Positions 1-11,892 of a stretch of DNA of 64,000 bases are shown one piece after another; position 1 is the first letter of the stretch; each line of letters opens with the position of its first letter. The DNA is from Dictyostelium discoideum. Taxonomy: Eukaryota. The stretch lies in assembly GCA_000004695.1 (NCBI GenBank), contig CM000152.2, positions 5,216,001 to 5,280,000 of the forward strand, written 5' to 3'. The notes beneath the pieces are model-generated. The model did not search any database and was not told the origin of the DNA. It was given only the letters and a program-made list of their open reading frames with translations. The position numbers and the translations under genes were made by a program.

Positions 1-7
1 AAATAAA

Positions 8-60
<53 letters not shown>

Positions 61-100
61 ACAAATAAATAAATAAATAAATAAAAAATGGGACTTATAC
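1..100. repeat. (AAAT)n microsatellite at the window edge
   Basis: Directly visible: aaataaat units repeated about 25 times. Confidence 0.9.
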
Positions 101-751
101 TAATTAAGAAATACAAAAAAAAAAAATAAAAGAAGAAATTGGAAAATAAATATAAAAAATAAAAATAAAAAATAAAAAAATAAAAATAAATAAAAAAAAG
201 AGAATGACTCCCAGTGTTGCAAAATCAGCATTTTTAACGTTAAAATTAATAATTAAAAAAAAAAAAAAAAGAATTTTTTTTTTTTCCATTTCTTTAATTT
301 TTTTTTTATTTTTTTTATTTTTTTTATTTATTTAGAAATCAAAACAAACAAAAAAAAAAAAAAAAAAAGGTAAGATTTCTTCGTTTGACTTTAAAGAAAA
401 AAAAAAAAAAAAAAAAAAAAATTTAAAAAATAAAAATAAAAATAAAAATTCAAAAATTTTTTAAAGTGGGCAACAACATCACAAAAAAAAATTTTTTTTT
501 TTTTTTTTTTTTTTTAATTTTTCATTTTGTTTTTTATCACTTGTTCTTATCTTTCTTTTTTTTTTTTTTATTTTTTTTATTTTTTTTATAATTTTTTTAA
601 TTAATATTAATATTAATATATTATTCAGCAAAAGAAGAATATTATAGCAATTTTTTTTTTTTTAAAAAAAAAAACAAAAAACAAAGAAAAAAAAAAAAAA
701 AAAAAAAAAAAAAACAAAAAACAAAAAACAAAAAAATATATACAAATAAAG

Positions 752-1021
752 ATGAATTTCGATCAAAGTGAAGATAGAGATGGTGTTAGATTCTCTTGGA
801 ATGTTTGGCCAACATCAAGAGTTGAAGCAACTAAAAATTTATTAGTTCCATTAGGTTGTCTTTATACTCCATTACATCAAAGTCCAGAAATTACACAAGT
901 ACCATATCCACCACTTCGTTGTAAAGGTATTTGTAATGCAATTTTAAATCCATATTGGTATGTAATTCTATTAATTTACCATTATTAGTATTATGATAAT
1001 AGATGATAATAATAATTTAAG

Positions 1022-1112
<91 letters not shown>

Positions 1113-3266
1113 AATAAAAATAAAATAAAAAAAAAATAAAAAAAAATTGGAAAAATACTAAAATTAAAATTAAAATTAAAATTAAAATTAAAATTAAAAT
1201 TAAAATTAAAATTAAATAGTACTATAGCACCACCATATAAAACATGGGTTTGCCCATTTTGTTTACAACATAATCAATTTCCACCACATTATGCAGGTAT
1301 TTCAGATTTAAATAGACCAGCGGAATTATTACCACATGTAACTACAATTGAATATCAATTACCAACAGCAGAAACACCATTACCAATCTATTTATTTGTA
1401 GTTGATGTTTGTGTGCCAGATGATGAATTACAATCATTGACAGATTCATTGACAATGTCATTATCATTGATTCCAGAGAATTCCTATGTTGGTTTGATTA
1501 CATTTGGATCAATGGTACAATTGTATGAATTAGGATTCACAAGTTGTCCAAAGTCCTATGTATTCCGTGGTGATCCACCTACCAATACATTTAAGATCGC
1601 CAATTTGATGCAAAAGGTTGGTTCACCAGAGACAATGAATTTACAAAGCAAACGTTTCCTCGTACCAGTTAGTGAATGCGAATTCCATTTGACATCAATT
1701 CTCGAGGAGATTCAAAAGGACCCATGTAGAGTAGCTTCCGATAAACGTCCATTACGTGCCACCGGTATGGCATTCTCTGTGGCAAATGCTTTGCTCTCAA
1801 CCGTCGCTTCGAATATGGGTGGTAGAATTATGGCTTTCATTGGTGGTCCTGCTACAACTGGTCCTGGTTTGGTTGTTTCGGAAGATCTTCGTGAACCAAT
1901 TCGTTCACATCATGAAGTGATCAAAGGTAAGACTAAATACACTAGTAAAGCATATCAATTCTATAAATCAATCGGTGAGAGATCAGTTGCCAGTGGTCAT
2001 GCCATTGATATATTCTCTTGTTCATTGGATCAAGTGGGTCTCTATGAAATGAGAGAGATGGTCAAATTGACCGGTGGTTATATGGTGTTGGCCGATAGTT
2101 TCGATCATCCAATGTTCACTCAATCCTTCCAAAAGATTTTCACTCGTGAAGATAATGCATTCAAAATGGGTTACAATGCAGAGGTACAAGTTTGCACATC
2201 CATGTCATTGAAGGTTTGTGGTGCCATTGGTCATATGTCTTCCAGAAACAACAAGACCTCTTGCGTGGGGGAGAATGAAATTGGCATTGGTGGCACTAGC
2301 AGTTGGAAGGTTTGTGCTCTCGATCAAAATTCAACATTTGCCTTTTACTTTGAAATTGCCAACACTCAACAAAATGCTCCAGAACAATTGGGTTTGGTTC
2401 AATTCATAACCTCTTATCAAAATAGTTTAGGTAAACAAATCTTACGTGTTTCCACCATTAGAAGAGAGTGGGTACAACATACAATGGAACAACAACAAAA
2501 TATAACCATGTTGGCAAATGGTTTCGATCAGGAAACCTCTGCCGTCTTGATGGCACGTTTGGCAGTGTTCAAAGCTGAGACAGAAGAGTTGCCAGATATC
2601 ACTAGATGGTTGGATAAGATGTTGATTAAATTGGTCTCTAAATATGCCGACTATAGAAGAGATGATCCAACCTCTTTCAAATTGGTTTCAAACTTCTCCA
2701 TCTATCCTCACTTTATGTTCCATCTCAGAAGAAGTAGTTTCCTTCAAGTTTTCAATTCAAGTCCTGATGAATCAAGTTTCTATAGATTCATGTTAAATCG
2801 TGAAAACGTTTCCAACTCTTTGATTATGATTCAACCAACCCTAGAGAAATACTCGTTCAGTGGTCCACCTCATCCAGAGGTCTTGAGTGCAAGTTCAATC
2901 TCCATCGATAGTATCCTCTTGTTGGATACTTTCTTCCATGTTCTCATTTTCCATGGTGAAACTATAGCTCAATGGAGAAAAGCTGGCTACGATAAAGATC
3001 CACAACATCAAAACTTTAGAGACCTCTTACAAGCTCCAAGGGATGATGCTGCTCATATCCTTAAAGAACGTTTCCCTTATCCTCGTTATATAGTTTGTGA
3101 TCAACACTCTGGTGAAGCTCGTTTCCTTTTAGCAACTATCGATCCAAATATAACTCACACTAGTAATACACCTCAAGATCCTTCAAAAGGTGAAATCGTT
3201 TTCACTGATGATGTAAATTTACATGTCTTTTTGGAACATTTAAAAAAGTTTGCAGTTCAATCTTAA
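752..3266 (+). CDS. sec23: COPII coat protein Sec23, 2 exons (752..957, 1220..3266)
   Basis: Exon 1 '[20 protein letters not shown]...[14 protein letters not shown]' and exon 2 '(C)[38 protein letters not shown]...' match the conserved Sec23 N-terminal zinc-finger region (human '[44 protein letters not shown]'). The donor GTATGT at 958 and acceptor AG at 1218-1219 (phase 2) rebuild the conserved 'NPYC'. Exon 2 is GC-enriched with strong codon bias. Total about 750 aa, as expected for Sec23. Confidence 0.9.
1027..1110. repeat. (GAT)n microsatellite (about 28 units) inside the sec23 intron
   Basis: Perfect gatgatgat... run. Confidence 0.95.
1161..1216. repeat. (AAATTA)n about 9 units, ending at the sec23 intron acceptor
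   Basis: Visible 'aaattaaaattaaaatta...' run. The final 'aaattaaatag' provides the acceptor. Confidence 0.9.
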
Positions 3267-3596
3267 ATAATAAAAATAATAATAATAATAATAATAGTAG
3301 TAATAATAATAAAAAGAACAATTTCTATAAAAAATATATTTTTAATAAGAGAAAAACTGCTAAAATAAAATTATCATCAACTACAACAACTACAACAACA
3401 ACAACTACTACAACATCAACTCCATTTAAAAAATTCTTTTTTAAAAATAAAAAGGATTCTAATAAATGATTTAAAAAAAAAAAACTAAAAAAACACAAAA
3501 AAAACATATAATTTGGTCTTTCTTTTCTTTTCTTTTTTTTTTTTTTTTATATTACAACTTATATCTTTTTGATTTTATTATTTTCAATATTATTTA

Positions 3597-4032
3597 TTAA
3601 CAAATTCCAGATTCATCTTTTGGATCTGGTGGTGGTTTCATTTGAATTTGATATTTAGGAATATTATATTTCTTTTTTTCATATGGTATACTGCAATAAA
3701 AAAAAAAAAAAAAAAAAGAATTAGAAATGAATTCTTAATGCCTTTTTTTTTTTTAAAAAATGTTTTACATACTTATAATGAAGTGCAGTTAACATTCTTG
3801 ATCTAGCTTCTTCAATTTTATCATTTATAATTTCGGTGTCTGTTAAATCTTTATTCTTTTGAAATGTGGATCTTGTTTCATATCTAATGTCTTCTCTTTG
3901 TGAATCTGATTCCCATTTATTTGCTAATCTTAATATACTTCTATACATATATAAGGCTTTGTTTCTTTGTGATAACTGAGAAAAATATGTATGATCTATT
4001 GCATTGTATGCTGTGAGGACTTTTTTTGACAT
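3597..4032 (-). CDS. LYR-motif protein, LYRM1-like (Complex1_LYR family), 2 exons complement(3597..3690, 3773..4032)
   Basis: 'KALYMYRSILRLANKWESD...STFQKNKDLTDTEIINDKIEEARSRMLTALHYK' aligns with human LYRM1 'LGLYRSIFRLARKWQA...[38 protein letters not shown]'. The conserved 'HY(K/N)IPY' C-terminus is recovered only by splicing: donor GTATGT at 3772..3767 (minus) and acceptor 'ttattgcag' at 3699..3691, giving '...HYNIPYEKKKYNIPKYQIQMKPPPDPKDESGIC*'. Confidence 0.65.
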
Positions 4033-5447
4033 TATTGTTTTGTTGAATTCTCGTTGTTTAAATTAAAAAAAAAAATTAAAAAATAAAACAAAAAAAAAAA
4101 AAATAAAAAAAAAAAAAAATAAAAAAAAAATAAAATTAAATTAATTAAAATTAAATTAATTAAAAAAAATAAAAAAGGAAAAAGAAAAAAAAAAGTAATA
4201 AAAAATAAAGGAATAAGGAAAAAAATAAGAAAAAACAAAAAAAAAAAAAGGAAAATTTATTTTACCAAAGTTAATTACTTAGAATTTTTTTTTTTTTTTT
4301 TTTTTTTTTGTTTGAAAAATAAAAATTTGATTAGGAATTACTGATTTCATTTCTTAATGATTATTTTTTAAAAAAAATTAAAAAATAAGGGTAAAATGGT
4401 TTAAAATAGGGAATAGAGAGAGAGTTTGGAAAAAAAATTAAATAATTAAAATCAAAAATTCTAATCATTTTTTATTTCTAGATTATTTTTAACACTATAA
4501 TTCATATAGTTAAATAAAATTAGTTAAAAATTCTGGCTAAATTATTGATCATGTTATATCAGAATCTTGAAATAGAAAAATTATTATAATAAAAGTTTTT
4601 ACTTTTTATACTTGAGTTTTAAAATTATGTTTTCAACTTTCAATAACCGTGATTTTCAAAATAATAATTACTCTGGTTATGAAAATTAAAAAAAATTTGA
4701 AAATCACATAAACATTGATCCTATAATTTTTTATTTTTTTCTTGAGTTATTCTCATCACCATACGTTTTGTTCAGTTCCCAGCTACCAATAATTTTTTTT
4801 TTTTTTTTTTGGCAATTTAAGAAAAAAAAAAAAAAAAAAATTTCTAAAGCTAAAAGATATTTTCATTACCAAAAAAAAAAAACAAGGTCGCCTGTAAATA
4901 AAGAAAAAAAAAAATTTTTTTTTTTTTTGATGGTGAGTTATTTTTGGAAGAATTGACCTAAAAAAAAAAAAATAAAAAATAAAAAAAACTTGTGTTGGGA
5001 TTTTTTTTGTGCAGAGTTTTACGAAATCTTAATTTCTCAGGGGAAATTAATATTTTTTCCTAGGTCTTGAAAAAAAAACAAAATAGTTTTTTTTTTTTTA
5101 AAATTCGCTTCAAAATATATTACCAAATCTAAATATATTATCAAGAAAATAAAAAAAAAAAAAAAAAAAAAAAATAAAATAAAATTTTCTTCAATTTCTA
5201 AAATAAAAACTCCCAATTCCTCAAGATGATTTTTGGTAAAAAATAACTTTAAGAGAAATCATTTTTATTTTATTTTATTTTATTATTATTATTTTTTTTT
5301 TTTTTTTTCTTGGTCAATTAAAAAAAAAAAAAGTATAAATTAAGTTGGAAAAAAATTTCTTTTCTAAAAAACAATAAATAATATATTCCAAAAAACAAAA
5401 ACAAATATTAAAAACAAATATTAAAAAAAAAAAATCAATAAAATAAA

Positions 5448-5843
5448 ATGAAATTCTTATCAACTTTAATCCTTTTATTATCAGTCTTAGCTTTAGTTAG
5501 AGGTGAACAATACAACAAATTCACAGTTGATTTAAACGGTGTTTGTACTAATAGCGGTTCTCTTGATACTTGTACCAACCAATGTGGAAATGCCGGTGGT
5601 TCATTCCAAATCTCTCAAAGTGGTGGCGAATATCAATATGAACAATACGCTACTAAGGATTGTGATCTTATGGCTTCATTAACAAGCAAATTCGCCTGTC
5701 TTGCTGACGAGGCACCAGTCACTTTAGGTTTAGGTAATATTAAAATTACTTGTCAAGACCCATCAAATTCAGCATCTTCTCCATTAACCACTGCTGTCTT
5801 ATTTGTTGTTGCTTTTGCTGCCGCCATTGCTTTATTATTATAA
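5448..5843 (+). CDS. small secreted Cys-rich protein with GPI-anchor-like C-terminus (ponticulin-like family candidate)
   Basis: N-terminal signal peptide 'MKFLSTLILLLSVLALVRG', 8 Cys in the mature part, and a C-terminal 'SASSPLTTAVLFVVAFAAAIALLL' hydrophobic tail after a small-residue omega-like region. Size (131 aa) and layout resemble the Dictyostelium ponticulin-like family. The family assignment is inference. Confidence 0.5.
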   Translation: MKFLSTLILLLSVLALVRGEQYNKFTVDLNGVCTNSGSLDTCTNQCGNAGGSFQISQSGGEYQYEQYATKDCDLMASLTSKFACLADEAPVTLGLGNIKITCQDPSNSASSPLTTAVLFVVAFAAAIALLL

Positions 5844-6746
5844 ATTTTAAATTTAAATTAATATTTAAAAAATAATAAATAAAATATATAAACTATTAAG
5901 AGAAATATAAAAATTAAATATATATATATATTTAAATATGGGGTGGGCTTCCATTGTATTTTTAGAAGAACATCAACTTTATTTATATTGATTTATATAA
6001 AAATTATGTTTTTTTTTTTTTTTTTTTAATTTAACAAATTACCACAATTTCGAAACAATTTATTAAATTTTAATCTTTTATTATAGTAATTGGCAAAAAA
6101 AAAGAGTACAGATGATGATGATTTAGAACATTTGAACAAGTGGAAACAGATTTCACTTGTTTGGTCTGTGGAAAAACATTGAACTCACATACCATTAGTG
6201 AATTGGTTGGGCAACTTAAAAGATAAATAAAATATTAGATGAATTAGAAAATTGCATATGGGCGACCAATATTAGAGGCCAATATTAAAAAATTAATATA
6301 ATAATAATAAAAGAAAAGTTAATTAATATAAAATATACCATATAAAAATTCACGCGTTTAACAAAATGCCACAATTTGAATTTGTTGTGCATAATTTTTT
6401 TTTTTTTTATGTTTATTACATTAAATCAAATTTAAAATTATAAGATTATTTAATTCTTTTTTTTTAAATTATCCACTATAGTAAATCCTTGTTACTATCA
6501 AGAATATGATATTATTTAAAATATGAATATTATCTTTGTTGATAGCTTGAGTGATAGCATAAGTTGTTATTTTAAATTGATTGGATAATATTGGATAAAA
6601 TAAAATAAAATTGGAAATTTCATTCCTAAATCAAATTTTTTCTATTAATCTTTTTTTTTAAATCTATCTATTAATTTTGTTTTTTTTTATTTTTTTATTT
6701 TTTTATTCAAATTATTACCACACTCCTTTAAAAGTCCACCCCTCCG

Positions 6747-6784
<38 letters not shown>

Positions 6785-6836
6785 AAAAAATTAAAATTTT
6801 TAAAAAAAAAAAAATTCATAATTAAAAAACGACTAA

Positions 6837-8029
6837 ATGAATAGAAATAATAGTAATGGAGTTGGGAGCAGTACTGGTGCAGGTTCAAGTCAATCAGGAA
6901 TAGATAATAACAACAACAATAATAATAATAGTAATAATAATAATAATAGACAACAAGATGAATCACCAAATAGTAAAAAAGTAGTTAAAAAACAACAACA
7001 AACAATTGGTGAAAGAAGAGAGTTAAGAAAGAAATATAGAACATTAATTCAAGATGTTTCAGGTAACAAATCAGAATTGATATTACCATCATCGGATGGA
7101 TTATTAAGAAGTTTAAAGAAAGCTGATAATCTTTATAACAATGTTCTTCAAGCAAGAGAAGCAGTATTGGATTCAGAGTTATTAGCATTGGCGAGTCAAT
7201 TTGGTGTTGAACAAGCTCAAAAGTTTAAAGTATCCTTAAACGGATTCGATAGTTTTGGTTTAGTAAATCGTTACAAAGAGAGATTAACTTTTTATACTGA
7301 TGAAAATAATAACAATAATTCTACAATCAATAAAACTGGTTGGGAAAAGTTATCACAATTATATCATACTCATTTTCATACCGTACCAGATTTCGATTTC
7401 ATGTATGGTCCAATCAATTTCGAACCCGAAGAGAAAAAAGTTAGAGCACCACGTAAACTAACTCAAAAAGATCAACCTGTTGGTGCTGCAAAACATGCTG
7501 AAAAAGTAAATATTATATATATATATACATATAATATATAACATATACATATAAAAATATTAATATTTATATATATATATTTATATATAAATAGATTACA
7601 GATACATCAAATCAAGTTGAATCAGAGACAACAAGTAGTAGAGTTCAAGTAATGAAACAATATATTGAGAAAAATCCAGGTAAAAGTTTTATAGATTTAG
7701 TTGTTGATGAAACATCATTTGCACAAACTGTAGAAAATATATTTTATTTCTCTTTTCTATTAAAGGATGGTCATGTAAAAATTGCAAAAGATAATGAGGA
7801 AATGATTATTCAAACAACTTTACCACCTGAAGAAAAAGATTATCAATCAAAGAATGCACAATTAACTCATTCCGTTGTAAAATTAGATTTTAATACTTGG
7901 AATGATTTAAAAGATATATCAGATTTATCTTTTCATATGGAAGAAGAATTACAACAATTTAAAAATAGAAGAGGTGGTGGTGGTGGTGGTGGTTCATCAA
8001 CTCAAACTCATACTTCTACTAGAAAGTAG
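6837..8029 (+). CDS. nse4: Nse4/EID3-family non-SMC element 4 of the SMC5/6 complex, 2 exons (6837..7505, 7595..8029)
   Basis: The C-terminal exon 'FIDLVVDETSFAQTVENIFYFSFLLKDGHVKIAKD' matches the Nse4 C-terminal domain (human '[21 protein letters not shown]'). Exon 1 has an Asn-rich N-terminus, then 'ERRELRKKYRTLIQDV...LLRSLKKADNLYNNV', typical of the Nse4 N-terminal helix. Intron: GTAAAT donor at 7506 and 'aaatag' acceptor ending at 7594, phase 0. Confidence 0.75.
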
Positions 8030-8389
8030 AGAAGAAAAAAGAAAAAAAAATTTTGTACAAAATTAAATCAAAATTTTTATTTTTTTTTTATTTTTTTTTT
8101 TAGTATGAAATAAACAATTTATGAAAATAATTGTATAATAATTGTTGTAGTAAATTGGTAGCAATAGCATATTATTATTATTATTATTATTAGTAATAAT
8201 AATAGTGATAATATTATTATTATTATAATAATGGAAATCCAATGTTGTTATTTTTTACAAGTTATTTTTTATACATATTAATATTTAAATACGGTAATAT
8301 TAAATTATTTTTCATTAAAATTTGTTTCTATTAATAATAAATCACAGAGATTATTTTAGTTAATTATTATTGATAAAAAATATGTACCA

Positions 8390-8450
8390 CACTCACTTTT
8401 CTCTGACCCCCACATATTTTAACACCACCACACACCCACACTTTAAAGCA
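8390..8450 (+). promoter_or_regulatory. CA/C-rich element ('ccacactcac...cacacccacac') about 400 bp upstream of the 8852 gene
   Basis: A C-rich island in otherwise >85% AT DNA. It resembles the CA-rich/G-box (GBF-type, 'CACACCC') promoter elements of Dictyostelium developmental genes. No binding data are available here. Confidence 0.3.
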
Positions 8451-8802
8451 TATTTTATAACATTTTTTTATTTTTTTTATTTTTTATTTATTTTTTTTTT
8501 TTAATTTATTTTATTATTATTATTATTATATGTGAACTTTAATTCTATTTTAAATTTTTTTTTTTATTAATTATTTTTTTTTTTTTTTTTATAATTTGTT
8601 TTTTTTTAACGTGTAATAATCTTTTTTTTTTTTTTTTATTATATCATAATCCTTAATCAATCAAATAAAAAAAAGTGAATAGAAAAAAAAAAAAACCACA
8701 CAATATATAAAAATAAATTAAAATAAAATAAAATAAAACAAACAGTTATATTAATTTTTTTATCTATTTATTTAATATTAATTAGTTATCTTATATTAAA
8801 AA

Positions 8803-8844
<42 letters not shown>

Positions 8845-8851
8845 AAAAAAA

Positions 8852-9898
8852 ATGGCAACAACAAAATCATTAAATTTAATTGGTAAAGAATCATTATTAA
8901 CACATAAAGAAGAAGTTGAAAGACAACAAGGTGAAATTGAAATTAATGAAGATGATGAACATTTGGGTATATTACATTTAAAAAAGGAAGAATTAATTGA
9001 TACAATTAGAGATATTAGAGATGAATTTTTCGATTTACAAGATACACATGATCAATTAAAAGAAAAGTATAAAGAAAAAGTTAAAGAAGTTGAAAATAAT
9101 AGAAAACTATTAACAGAGAGAGAAGACCTACTATTACAATTACAATGGGATCCAACTGAAGATTCATCATTTATTCAACAAATGGGTGCATCAGATACAA
9201 ATCATGCAAATGAATTGAAAATGAAAGCTATGATGGACCAAATGAGGGTAATGGAGAGAGGTGTCTACGAAAGGGATGAAAAAATTAAACAAATGGAGAA
9301 ACTAATTGAACAATTCACTCTAAATCAAATTAATAGTGGTCGTGAACCAACTCAAATCACTTATTCTCAATTTACTACCATTCCACCAACTCCAACACCA
9401 ACACAATTACAACACCAAAAACAACAACAACAACAGCAAGAGGCAGATCAAAAAGATCAAAAAGAACTACCAATATTAAATGGAGCTTCAGTTTCATCTT
9501 CAAATTCGTCACCTTTAAATAGAGGTCCTTCATTTTCTACAAGTGTTGAAGATTCTCCATCCCAATTTGATAATATTTCAAATTATCCATTATCAAAGAA
9601 AATCATTGATAATATTGAACAGGCTGTAAATGTAATTGTACCATCATCACCAAGTAATCCTTTAAATAGGTCAAATTCTACTGGATTTTGGAGATCACCT
9701 TCAAATTTCTTTTCAAATTTATTAGGTAGAACTAATGATGTTAATGATGAAAATAATAATAATAATAACAATAATAATGAAAATCAAGATAATGTTGATA
9801 ACGATGAAAATGATGACGATGATTTTGCATCATTAGATACCAAACCTTTCTCTGTTCCTGTAGAATTACCTCCAAATTTATCTGCTGCCAGACCATAA
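8852..9898 (+). CDS. hypothetical coiled-coil protein with Asn/Asp-rich acidic C-terminus
   Basis: 348-aa ORF with coding-type codon usage. The N-terminal half is heptad-like and charged ('EELIDTIRDIRDEFFDLQDTHDQLKEKYKEKVKEVENNRKLLTEREDLL'). I recognise no confident family. Confidence 0.6.
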   Translation: MATTKSLNLIGKESLLTHKEEVERQQGEIEINEDDEHLGILHLKKEELIDTIRDIRDEFFDLQDTHDQLKEKYKEKVKEVENNRKLLTEREDLLLQLQWDPTEDSSFIQQMGASDTNHANELKMKAMMDQMRVMERGVYERDEKIKQMEKLIEQFTLNQINSGREPTQITYSQFTTIPPTPTPTQLQHQKQQQQQQEADQKDQKELPILNGASVSSSNSSPLNRGPSFSTSVEDSPSQFDNISNYPLSKKIIDNIEQAVNVIVPSSPSNPLNRSNSTGFWRSPSNFFSNLLGRTNDVNDENNNNNNNNNENQDNVDNDENDDDDFASLDTKPFSVPVELPPNLSAARP

Positions 9899-10168
9899 AT
9901 TATTAACTTTTTTAAACTGTTTTTTTAAAATAAAAATAAATTATTTTTTTAAATAAAATATTTATCTCCAAACAATAAAATTAATAATAAAAATAATAAT
10001 AATAAAAGAATATTGTTGTTTATTTTTTTTTGTAAAAGAAAATTTGTTTTATTTATTTATATGTATGTTTTTTTTTTTTTTTTTTTTAATTTAAAAAAAA
10101 AAAAAAAAAGAATTTAGATTTTATTTATTGTTGATTTTGTTTATATATATATAAATTAATTTAATTTG

Positions 10169-10351
10169 TTAAGAAAAATTTGTTAAAGAACCAAATAATG
10201 ATGGTGGTTGTACATTTGTTACTGTTACAGCATTATTATTTAAAGATCTACTAAAATTTTTAATAGTTTTATCATTTAAACCAAGTTCAGCATTTAAAGA
10301 AATAATAGTTGCTTTCTTTTTATTTGATAAACCAGGAAACATATTTCCCAT
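10169..10351 (-). CDS. candidate small protein (60 aa), unknown function
   Basis: ORF with Dictyostelium-like codon choice (ggt, cca, tca) flanked by poly(A)/poly(T). No homology recognised. Confidence 0.3.
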   Translation of the reverse strand: MGNMFPGLSNKKKATIISLNAELGLNDKTIKNFSRSLNNNAVTVTNVQPPSLFGSLTNFS

Positions 10352-10530
10352 TTTTTAAATATTTTTGATTAACTTTTTTTTTTTTTTTTTTTAAATGTTT
10401 GTAAATAGATATTGTTATTTTTTATTTTTTTTATTTTTTATTTTTTTATTTTTATTTTTATTTTTTTTATATATTTTTTTTTAATAATAGTTATAAATAA
10501 ATAAATAAATATAATTGGATTAATAAATAA

Positions 10531-10570
<40 letters not shown>

Positions 10571-11596
10571 AAATATAGATATAGTAAAATTAAGTAAAAA
10601 TAAATAAATTGAAAAAATATTAAGTATAAATAAATAATTTAAATAACCCAATAATAATAAAAATAATAAAAATATTTAAATGATATAAATTTTTTGGGAT
10701 TAAAACATATATTGATATAGGTATATGTAAGAAAATAACCAATAAAAATAATATATAAATAAATTTTTAAATATTATTTTTTTATAAAAAAAAAAAAAAA
10801 AAAATAATTTGGAATTAAAAACACAAACTAACTGATTTTCATTGAGAGATTGGAGAAATTGTAATTGTTTTTTTGAATAAAATTTAAAGTAAGTCAGAAT
10901 AGTATAGTATCTCTTATATAAAAAAAATATATAATATAATATAATTTTAAATTGAATTGAATAAAACGAAATTTTAAAATAATAATATTTTTTTTTTTTT
11001 TAAAATTTAAAAATTACAAAAAATATAATTTAAATCAAATATTTAAGATATACACATATTATTATTTTTATTTTTATTTTCATTATTATTATTATTATTA
11101 TTTCAAAATTTTTTTTATTTATTTTATATGTTTATGAGGATTCTAAATTATTTTAAAATTTCGTTTATCACTAAATTTAAAATTGAAAAGATTTTGATTA
11201 CTTTTATTATTATTATAATTTTAATAAAATCTGTACAAACACTTTTTGCTTGTATGTATAAACACTTTAATTTTTTTTGTATAATTTTTTTAACTTTTCA
11301 ATTTTTGTGGTTTTGTAAATTGCATAATATAAATTACATATTATAAATATTTTTTTTATGATGTATTAAATTTAAATTATTAAAATTATTTTTTTTTAAA
11401 ATAAAAAAAAAAAAAATATATATGTTTAAATCAAAAAAGTTTCAAAATTTAATTTAAAAAATTAGAATATTAAATTTGAGTGTTTATTATTTTATTTTAA
11501 AAATGCTGGATAATCATTTTTTTTTATTAATATATCGTTAATTTATTATTTTCGAATTTATGTGAATGATATAATATAATTTATATATATATATAT

Positions 11597-11892
11597 TTAG
11601 AATTTCTTTTTATATAGAGCGACAATATTTCCATTTTTATCAACAATAATTGGTGCACCTGGCAAAGCAGGATCCCATGTGAATGCAACACAATTTGATG
11701 TTTGAGCTAGACTTGTACTTAAACCATCGTATACTGTTGTGGAAAAATTAATTGATTTTGAATTACCAGTCATTGACATTAATGATTCTATAAAAAAAAT
11801 AAAAATTTTATTATTTGGAAGATTAATATTAAAAAATAAAAAATAAAAATAAAAAAAAGAAATAAAAAAGAACACTTACTTAAAATTGACAT
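11597..11892 (-). CDS. small 2-exon gene, complement(11597..11787, 11880..11892); 13-nt first exon 'MSIL' plus phase-1 intron
   Basis: The exon-2 ORF ('SLMSMTGNSKSINFSTTVYDGLSTSLAQTSNCVAFTWDPALPGAPIIVDKNGNIVAL') has GC-enriched, coding-type codon usage. Upstream, 'ATGTCAATTTTAA' is followed by a perfect GTAAGT donor (11879..11874), and a 'ttttatag' acceptor ends at 11788. This gives MSILK-SLMSM... (68 aa). No homology recognised. Confidence 0.4.

Noticed and set aside
2218-2409. 63-aa ORF inside sec23 exon 2 in another frame
   Set aside because: It is an overlapping-frame artefact within a well-supported conserved gene.
104-4956. Poly-Phe/poly-Lys ORFs (104..289, 3325..3507, 4032..4238, 4768..4956)
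   Set aside because: They are homopolymeric A/T tract translations.
6100-6240. Cys-x2-Cys containing frame 'DFTCLVCGKTLNSHTISELVGQLKR*'
   Set aside because: Only about 35 codons, no start codon, and preceded by in-frame stops. It is insufficient for a zinc-finger gene call.
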